Shown here piece by piece: positions 20,968-27,351 of a stretch of DNA of 32,000 nt. Every line of letters starts with the position of its first letter. Within the stretch, counting starts at the first letter, position 1. Under the pieces are notes generated by a model that had not been told where the DNA came from, did no database searches, and saw only the letters and a list, made by a program, of their open reading frames with translations. The DNA is from Bacillus subtilis subsp. subtilis str. 168 (lineage in GTDB: Bacteria > Bacillota > Bacilli > Bacillales > Bacillaceae): positions 1,860,001-1,892,000 of the forward strand of contig NC_000964.3 in assembly GCF_000009045.1 (NCBI RefSeq), in the 5' to 3' direction. Position numbers and translations under genes: made by a program.

Positions 20968-21097
20968 AAGAAAAATAAGGGCCTGAAAGGGCTCTTTTGC
21001 TTATAGTCATATTTCCCGTAAGTATTACTTTTTGGATTTAATAAATTTTAAAGCGTGTTTGTTTCACTGAATTCATAGTCAAAAGGGGAATGTTTTT

Positions 21098-21349
21098 ATG
21101 CTTGGAATCAACGTTGAAAAATCAAATGAAAACTTAATTATCAATTGGCAGCTATCCAAAATTGAAATTCCAATCAAAGAAATCAATGATGTATTTCTTG
21201 ATCCAAACTATGGGGGAGAGGAGAAAAGCGCAGTAAGGATTGGGTTTCCTTATGGCTCAACAGATAGGGTAGTAATTAAAACAGCACGTAACACTTACAT
21301 TTTGTTCACCACTAATCCTGCTTTAATTATGAGTAAAATTGTTTCTTAA
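21098..21349 (+). CDS. ynzG: small hypothetical protein, 83 aa
   Basis: ATG after AAAAGGGGA. The sequence suggests a beta-rich small domain (IINWQLSKIEIPIKEINDV...VVIKTARNTYILFT). Confidence 0.6.
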   Translation: MLGINVEKSNENLIINWQLSKIEIPIKEINDVFLDPNYGGEEKSAVRIGFPYGSTDRVVIKTARNTYILFTTNPALIMSKIVS

Positions 21350-21374
21350 TAAACAGTTTATGTCCCTTTTAAAT

Positions 21375-21403
21375 TTATCTATTAATGTTCTGTGTGGTAA
21401 AAT
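21375..21403 (+). promoter_or_regulatory. candidate extended -10 promoter for ynaB
   Basis: TGGTAAAAT (a TGn plus TAAAAT) at 21395-21403, with a weak -35 TTATCT at 21375-21380 and a 17-nt spacer. Confidence 0.4.
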
Positions 21404-21535
21404 TTAGTGAGATGATTTAAGGAGGAGGAGCATTTATGGAAGAAATAAAAGTTAGTTCACATGACACTAGATGGTATTAAGAAAGCAGTTTCTAAATATG
21501 GTACATTCCCTATGTTTCATCATGGAGGATATGTC

Positions 21536-21970
21536 ATGGAAGATGCTACTTTTCATTTCAAAGATCCTGCTAGTCCTCAAGAAATTAGCGATATAGAACA
21601 GAAGCTAGGTGTTACTTTCCCTAATGACTATAAAGAGTTTTTGTTACAGCACAATGGGATGGAAATGTTTGATGGGATTGAAATACTTAGCTTAGAGGGA
21701 ATCATTGAATATAATGAGGTTCAAGATTTCCCAGAGGGATACGTTTTAATTGGATATCATTTTGATGGAAGATATGTCATAGACACAAACAAATCAAAAA
21801 ATGGATTAGGCTATATGCTATATCTAGACTCAATTGATGATATTGAAGATGCGATTAACTTAGATTCTAATTTCGAGATATGGTTTGATATGCTAGTGTC
21901 TTTAAATGGAACGAAATATTGGGAAGTAAATCCGAATCTCCAAGAGTATTATAAACTGGTTTCAGAATAA
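21536..21970 (+). CDS. ynaB: SMI1/KNR4 (SUKH-1) family immunity-type protein
   Basis: ORF 21461..21970, with the start placed at the ATG at 21536 (144 aa), 7 nt after GGAGGA. It has the family-typical segment EISDIEQKLGVTFPNDYKEFLLQHNG. See findings for the alternative upstream start. Confidence 0.75.
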   Translation: MEDATFHFKDPASPQEISDIEQKLGVTFPNDYKEFLLQHNGMEMFDGIEILSLEGIIEYNEVQDFPEGYVLIGYHFDGRYVIDTNKSKNGLGYMLYLDSIDDIEDAINLDSNFEIWFDMLVSLNGTKYWEVNPNLQEYYKLVSE

Positions 21971-22039
21971 CACTTCGGCAAAAGAAAAAATTATGACTAA
22001 TTTCAACAACCAAAGAAACTGCAATTTGAGGGAAGTATA

Positions 22040-22831
22040 ATGACAATTTACGAGCAAATTAAGGATGCTTTGAAAAATAAGATCAATGAGTTGGTTTCAC
22101 CTCAAGAAGTAAAGAAAACCCTTCAAGAAAAATACGGAACTAATCCGGATAGCATTATTTTATCAGATTATTGTTATAACCGGTATAATAAGGGGATTTC
22201 TTTTAATAAGCACCTCTTTGAATATATGAATAGAAGTTCTTACAAATACTTAGGTGAAAACTCTCTTTATACAGGACTTATTTTCAGAAAATCAAAAGGG
22301 GAAGATAAGGAAGTTATCGTAGGCGAATGGGTAAACGGTGTTAAATCACTCCGAGAAGCTTCTGTTACTAATAACCAAATAAATGATCAAGCCGAAATCA
22401 TTAGTAAAGAACAACTTGTAAACCTTTATAATGAATATAACCAAATCCTGAGATATGAAATGAATGTATTGAACTGTAAGCCTACAGAATTGAGGCATTT
22501 AATTGGCAGAATCGGTGAATTCATTTGTGCAATCCAAACCAACGGCACTCTGGCACGTCAAACTAATCAGCATGGATTTGATGTTGTGAGTGATGGCAGA
22601 CGGATTAGTGTAAAAACAACAGCTCAATCAAGTGGTTTTATTTCGATAAATAAAAATACATTTTATGATTTTGATGATTTTTTTGTAGTTCAATACGTAA
22701 ATGATGATTTTAAAGTTATTTTCTTCGGCTCAAAGGAAGAAGTGCAAAAAATAAGCAGAATTTATGGAAGCCAATACGAAGTTGAAATTTCACTTCTTAA
22801 AAAGCTTAATAAGGAATACCAATTAAATTAA
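22040..22831 (+). CDS. ynaC: two-domain hypothetical protein with a PD-(D/E)xK-nuclease-like pattern in the C-terminal region
   Basis: 263-aa ORF behind the SD GAGGGAAG. The C-terminal segment is GRIGEFICA...HGFDVVSDGRRISVKTT...FFVVQYV. Confidence 0.7.
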   Translation: MTIYEQIKDALKNKINELVSPQEVKKTLQEKYGTNPDSIILSDYCYNRYNKGISFNKHLFEYMNRSSYKYLGENSLYTGLIFRKSKGEDKEVIVGEWVNGVKSLREASVTNNQINDQAEIISKEQLVNLYNEYNQILRYEMNVLNCKPTELRHLIGRIGEFICAIQTNGTLARQTNQHGFDVVSDGRRISVKTTAQSSGFISINKNTFYDFDDFFVVQYVNDDFKVIFFGSKEEVQKISRIYGSQYEVEISLLKKLNKEYQLN

Positions 22832-22846
22832 ACAATCTTGTTGGTA

Positions 22847-22885
22847 ACAAACATCCTCTTACTTATTGTAAGAGGATGTTTGTTT
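22847..22885 (+). terminator. intrinsic terminator after ynaC
   Basis: AACAAACATCCTCTTAC pairs with GTAAGAGGATGTTTGTT (17-bp perfect stem), followed by TTAATT. Confidence 0.8.
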
Positions 22886-23165
22886 AATTCTTACATATTT
22901 TATCTTTGCAATCTGGCTTACGAGTTGCATCCACAGTAAATGATCTTACTTCGTCTTTAGTTTTGTCATAAATTCCCCATATTACCCCTCAGAGAAGGAT
23001 AGGGGGATTATTTTGGAGAATCATATTCCATTGCTTGTTCACAGTCAGTAATCCTTGAGTTGTTCTAGCAAGAGGCAATATTGTTGAATAAGAATAGTTT
23101 TAAAGAGGTTATTGTTGTCTTCATATTGAAATAAAGATTAAGTATATTAGAGGGGAGTTGCTTTA

Positions 23166-23678
23166 ATGCACATAACAACAAAAAGGTTATTGATACGTGA
23201 ATTTGAATTCAAAGATTGGCAAGCAGTATATGAGTATACATCTGATAGTAATGTAATGAAGTATATACCTGAAGGGGTTTTTACTGAAGAAGATGCAAAG
23301 GCATTTGTAAATAAAAACAAAGGTGATAACGCTGAAAAATTCCCTGTCATACTAAGAGATGAAGACTGTCTTATAGGCCATATTGTTTTTTATAAGTATT
23401 TTGGTGAACATACATATGAAATTGGGTGGGTGTTTAATCCCAATTATCAAAATAAAGGGTATGCTTCTGAGGCAGCCCAAGCTATCTTGGAATATGGATT
23501 TAAAGAAATGAACTTACATAGGATTATAGCTACGTGTCAACCTGAGAATATTCCCTCATACCGAGTTATGAAGAAGATTGGAATGAGAAGAGAAGGCTTT
23601 TTTAAAAAATGTATTCCAAAAGGCAATGAATGGTGGGATGAATATTATTACGCTATTTTAGAGGAAGAGTGGAATTGA
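23166..23678 (+). CDS. ynaD: GNAT-family N-acetyltransferase (RimJ/RimL-like)
   Basis: 170-aa ORF behind the SD AGAGGGGAG, with the acetyl-CoA-binding region NYQNKGYASEAAQAILEYGF and RIIATCQPENIPSYRVMKKIGM. Confidence 0.85.
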   Translation: MHITTKRLLIREFEFKDWQAVYEYTSDSNVMKYIPEGVFTEEDAKAFVNKNKGDNAEKFPVILRDEDCLIGHIVFYKYFGEHTYEIGWVFNPNYQNKGYASEAAQAILEYGFKEMNLHRIIATCQPENIPSYRVMKKIGMRREGFFKKCIPKGNEWWDEYYYAILEEEWN

Positions 23679-23820
23679 ACTTTATTGAGTGCGGCAATAC
23701 AAACAAATTATCACCCTCTACTTAGAACATATTAGTTAAATGAAGGTGATATATAAAGTGATATGACAGTGATTAAATGGGATTCAATGAGCTCCGGTGA
23801 ATTGTTTTTAGGTGAGTTCA

Positions 23821-24090
23821 CTAAGGATGATACCTGATACGCAGCCATACCATTCGAGCGTTAATCATTTTATAACTGATCTTTTCACTTTTGCCCACGG
23901 GGGAATAAGACCCTATTTAAGTTTGCCAGACGATTGTTTGATCCGTTGTTGATGATTGTCAGGATTTTTTGTGAAGGAATATCTTTATATAGTGGTTGAT
24001 TATTCCCTTCTGGTAAAAATTGATCTATGTTGAATTGCTTAACATGTCATTGAACTCAGAGAATAAAGTGAACCTGCCACAGATGTTCAT
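23821..24090 (-). pseudogene. decayed and truncated SOS-response-associated peptidase (SRAP, YedK/YoqW-like) gene remnant
   Basis: The minus-strand ATG at 24090 gives MNICGRFTLFSEFNDMLSNST*. The -1 frame then gives DQFLPEGNNQPLYKDIPSQKILTIINNGSNNRLANLNRVLFPRGQK*. The original frame resumes with KSEKISYKMINAR...*. The N-terminal CGRF nucleophile motif and the YKMINAR motif are family hallmarks. Confidence 0.7.
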
Positions 24091-24146
24091 TATCTTTTAG
24101 GGGGTTCCAAAAAGACCGTATTCCTATCGATCGCTCAGAGTGAAAA

Positions 24147-24155
24147 TGGTATACT
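24147..24155 (+). promoter_or_regulatory. candidate extended -10 element for ynaE
   Basis: TGGTATACT, about 85 nt upstream of the ynaE ATG. The -35 is poor. Confidence 0.3.
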
Positions 24156-24237
24156 AAAGTTACAATCACAGGAAGGAATTACAATTTTTTTAGATCTACA
24201 TAAAATCATCTGATTAACCGAAAGTGAGAATGTGTGA

Positions 24238-24879
24238 ATGAATTTAATAGGGTATATTGAGGAAAGGTTTCAAAACCTCGAATTAATTCCTAGCATCTAT
24301 AATCAATGGGGCACAGGAATCCATTTTTGTCTTGGGGAAAATATCTATCAACTCAAAGCAAATGAAGAATTGAATTTAAAGATGTTTCGGATTGTATATG
24401 AACAAACCTCAATCATTTTTAATGAATTATTTGAACAAAATGATGACATATTCCTTGTGACGAATATGTATAAGCACAAAAAGAAAGAGAAATGTATAAG
24501 AAAATTAAAGGTGTATCAACCGTTTCTAAAATGTAAAAATCATTTGAATCAAATTATGGTGAAGACATATCCCTATCCTTTCGAAATCAATAAAGCTGAA
24601 GAATACGAGATGCAACAATTTTCCCTGTTATGCAAACCTCGAGACTTACGTGTAACTGAATTACTTAAAGCAGCCAGTAATGAGGATTTTCCACAAAAAC
24701 CGAAATTCGGAGGTTACTCTATTGATTACCCTGATGTTTTCTTTGTGAACATTACAAAAGACATTATTTTCTTTATCTATGATGACCGCGGATGCGAAGT
24801 CATAGCTCATGATTTCAAACGAATACGTCCACTTTATGAAAAATATCACGACTGGGTAGAAGAGTATAAGTGCATGTAA
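24238..24879 (+). CDS. ynaE: hypothetical protein, 213 aa (recalled as DUF3885 family)
   Basis: Intact ORF with a weak SD (AAGTGAG). The family assignment is from memory only. Confidence 0.65.
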   Translation: MNLIGYIEERFQNLELIPSIYNQWGTGIHFCLGENIYQLKANEELNLKMFRIVYEQTSIIFNELFEQNDDIFLVTNMYKHKKKEKCIRKLKVYQPFLKCKNHLNQIMVKTYPYPFEINKAEEYEMQQFSLLCKPRDLRVTELLKAASNEDFPQKPKFGGYSIDYPDVFFVNITKDIIFFIYDDRGCEVIAHDFKRIRPLYEKYHDWVEEYKCM

Positions 24880-24967
24880 TACTTTTTTTAAAAACGATTT
24901 ATCAGGAAAGGCAGAATTAGATTATGAGGGCCTTACATACAAGATGTAAACGGTTATTGAAACTAAG

Positions 24968-25321
24968 ATGGTATTATGTGATGATGAGAGATCTGCATTT
25001 TTATTAGTACTTGATGAAAGATTAGTGGATTTTGATTCTCAAGGTGGAAACCATATTAGTGTTTATTTAGTTACTCACTTTGAGTTATCTGATCAATCGT
25101 ATAAAGATGTATTAAGCTTTAATGATGATCTTTTGGGTATGGAGCATAACTGTTCGTATGCAATGGATATTCTAAGCGTTAAAGAGGAACTTGATTTCGA
25201 TTTCCCATTTAATATGCTTGCAATAAAAAGCTATGTACAAGAATTAATAAAAATGTTAGGGATTGATATCACTCTGCCTGAAATGAAAGAAAGAGATTTT
25301 GACAAACTTTCTCAAAACTAA
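24968..25321 (+). CDS. ynaF: acidic hypothetical protein, 117 aa
   Basis: Intact ORF, but there is no SD before the ATG at 24968. See findings. Confidence 0.5.
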   Translation: MVLCDDERSAFLLVLDERLVDFDSQGGNHISVYLVTHFELSDQSYKDVLSFNDDLLGMEHNCSYAMDILSVKEELDFDFPFNMLAIKSYVQELIKMLGIDITLPEMKERDFDKLSQN

Positions 25322-25364
25322 ATAAAACTACTATTTTTAAAGAGAACGGAGACTTGCTTTCAAT

Positions 25365-25640
25365 ATGAATGTTAAAAAAGCTGCAGCTGTTTTTTCAATC
25401 ACTATTCCAATTATCTCAGCCATCTTAATTATTAATTTTTTTACAGGATTTATGTCAATTCCATGGCAAGGAATGCCGGTGTTTTTTCCATTATTACTTT
25501 CTCCTATAGGAATCATTTTAGCGTTCGTTTCAATAAAGACAAATAAACGGTGTGCTGTATATGGGATTGTCTTAAATGCAATTATGTTTCCATTTCCTTT
25601 TTTCTGGTTTATCGGAGGGGCTTTGTTATTTGGAGTTTAA
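25365..25640 (+). CDS. ynaG: small membrane protein, 91 aa, with three hydrophobic segments
   Basis: ORF with strongly hydrophobic composition. A GGAG lies 14 nt upstream of the start. Confidence 0.6.
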   Translation: MNVKKAAAVFSITIPIISAILIINFFTGFMSIPWQGMPVFFPLLLSPIGIILAFVSIKTNKRCAVYGIVLNAIMFPFPFFWFIGGALLFGV

Positions 25641-25797
25641 AATCCATTAGGCATTACGCTTATACATTGGTATTTTCGAGCTTGTCAAAAGAAGGAATAA
25701 AAAAACTTCAGAATTGCTTGGCTTTACTTTATGTTGAAAGGGGTCGAGTAAGGTGGATAGGAAAAAGGATGAAATACAAAGAAAATATAGGGAACAA

Positions 25798-25917
25798 ATG
25801 AGGGAGAAGAAAGAACGAGAAAAAGAAGATGGCAGTTCACATACTTTTGAAATTGTTGTTGTGCTAGCCATTATCATTTTGATGTTTTTCTTTAATTCAG
25901 TTTTCAAGGCTTTTTAG
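25798..25917 (+). CDS. candidate 39-aa tail-anchored membrane peptide
   Basis: MREKKEREKEDGSSHTFEIVVVLAIIILMFFFNSVFKAF*: a charged N-terminus followed by one TM segment. It is below the ORF-track cutoff. Its ATG overlaps the stop (ATGA) of a 10-codon ORF, MKYKENIGNK*, that has an AAGGTGGA SD. Confidence 0.35.
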   Translation: MREKKEREKEDGSSHTFEIVVVLAIIILMFFFNSVFKAF

Positions 25918-26056
25918 ATATTGTACAGATGACTTTCAGGATGTTTGAAAAAATAACCCTTTGAGATATATACCGCATGAAAGTATTGAAGGACTTATGA
26001 AAATTCAAGAGCCAGTTGAATCTTAATAATTAATCACCAAATAATGGGGATGTAAA

Positions 26057-26527
26057 ATGAAGTTGTATAATGAATTTATCAATATAGCTAAAACGTTTAA
26101 TAAAGAGTTAGACATAATTCCATTATTATATGGATCTTTAGGTCTTGAAAAGGTAACTGGGTTAGACTTTTCCCCAGAAGATATTGATCTCCTTATTCCT
26201 TTAATTTTTTTAGAGGAAAAGTGGGAAAAACTAAAAAAAGTGATGGAACTGCATGGATACAAAATGGTTGATTTACATGAGCATGAATTTAAGAAAACTA
26301 ATACAAAAATAGGCATTTCTTACATTGAGGATTTAAAACCATTTGCAGATGTAGACTATAATAACCTAGAGATTTTTGAAGATGGCGGAGCGAAATATCA
26401 TTTGCTAACGATTGATGATTACCTCAAGATTTATAAAAAGTCTTTATTAGATGGTTATAGAAGAAGGAAGAAGAATCATAAAGACCAAAGTAAAATTAAC
26501 ATATTGAATAAATTAATACGGAATTAA
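26057..26527 (+). CDS. ynaI: minimal nucleotidyltransferase-fold (Pol-beta-like) protein
   Basis: 156-aa ORF with LLYGSLGLEKVTGLDFSPEDIDLLIP, which fits the hG[GS]-x(n)-DhD NTase signature. Confidence 0.65.
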   Translation: MKLYNEFINIAKTFNKELDIIPLLYGSLGLEKVTGLDFSPEDIDLLIPLIFLEEKWEKLKKVMELHGYKMVDLHEHEFKKTNTKIGISYIEDLKPFADVDYNNLEIFEDGGAKYHLLTIDDYLKIYKKSLLDGYRRRKKNHKDQSKINILNKLIRN

Positions 26528-26995
26528 TTTCTGTATTCCCTTTTGTTTCCAGTCTCAATTAAAATTTTTAAGATTAAAATAAGTTTGAAGGAAAAATCAT
26601 AGTGTTTAACACAGCCATTAATCCTCAGACAGTCAAATAGCCATTTCTACTCCGGTTGAAAGCTTCTCTATTTTTGCTTCTTATTTATCTTTCCTGTATT
26701 GATATATGTATGTAGGGTTGGACTTATAACATAAACTATTCTGGCCATTCCGTTCTTTCAATTCATGACCGGGCTTGCCATCAGCATAAATCTAGGCTAA
26801 CAGTCTCCATACATCCTGTGATCACCTTTATCAAACTCTTAAATGCAACTTACCACTAACCAATTCTTTATTTCGCATAGATCATCTTTGTCATGTGTTT
26901 ACACAAGAATCTGTTTTGGACTGAGACACTGAATATAACAAAACAGTCAAAAATCAATATTTAATTCATTCTGTTTAAACTTTCTGAAAAAGATG

Positions 26996-27058
26996 TTGAA
27001 AAAGTCGAAAGGATTTTATAATATTAAGTCAAGTTAGTTTGTTTGATCAACAAACTAA
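26996..27058 (+). promoter_or_regulatory. xynP-xynB promoter and XylR operator
   Basis: The -35 is TTGAAA (26996-27001) and the -10 is TATAAT/TAATAT (27017-27024). It is followed by the 25-bp palindrome TTAGTTTGTTTGATCAACAAACTAA (27034-27058). Confidence 0.85.
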
Positions 27059-27253
27059 TGAAATGAACTTTCATTATCCACAAGATAAGATCTTACTAAT
27101 ATGGATGGAAGGGGGATAAGAGGGTCGATTTAATGGAGCTAAACAATATAAGAAACGAAAGAATGAGGCTTTTATCCTTTTCCAGGTATATAAGGTATGA
27201 CGAAAAAAGATGAATTTTTTGCTTGCTGATCACCATATTTTTTTGCACTGTTT

Positions 27254-27267
27254 TGAAAGCGCTTTTA
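27254..27267 (+). promoter_or_regulatory. cre-like CcpA site in the xynP leader
   Basis: TGAAAGCGCTTTTA compared with the cre consensus TGWAANCGNTNWCA shows one mismatch, at the penultimate C. Confidence 0.5.
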
Positions 27268-27351
27268 TAAAAGTTTACTGACCGTAAATTCGAGAAATTG
27301 TTATACCGTTTCACACTGTTCCATATTAAAGGATCGAAAAGGGGAGAAATC

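Noticed and set aside
22890-23010. Minus-strand fragment ...GVIWGIYDKTKDEVRSFTVDATRKPDCKDKICKN* downstream of the ynaC terminator, considered as another gene remnant
   Set aside because: It is only about 33 codons after a stop, has no start, and I can assign no family. The evidence is too weak to call.
23166-23678. YnaD considered as a GNAT-type toxin of a toxin-antitoxin pair (TacT/AtaT-like)
   Set aside because: There is no small antitoxin ORF immediately upstream or downstream. It is separated from ynaC by a strong terminator and about 330 bp. Its sequence looks like RimJ/RimL-type acetyltransferases.
25550-25907. ORFs 25550..25801 (+) and 25647..25907 (-)
   Set aside because: The first is an out-of-frame overlap with the ynaG 3' end. 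The second starts at a TTG with no SD and is Ser/Phe/Leu low-complexity. The 39-aa plus-strand peptide is a better, though still tentative, reading.
26023-26316. ORF 26023..26316 (-), antisense to ynaI
   Set aside because: It is a shadow ORF opposite a gene with a clear NTase motif.
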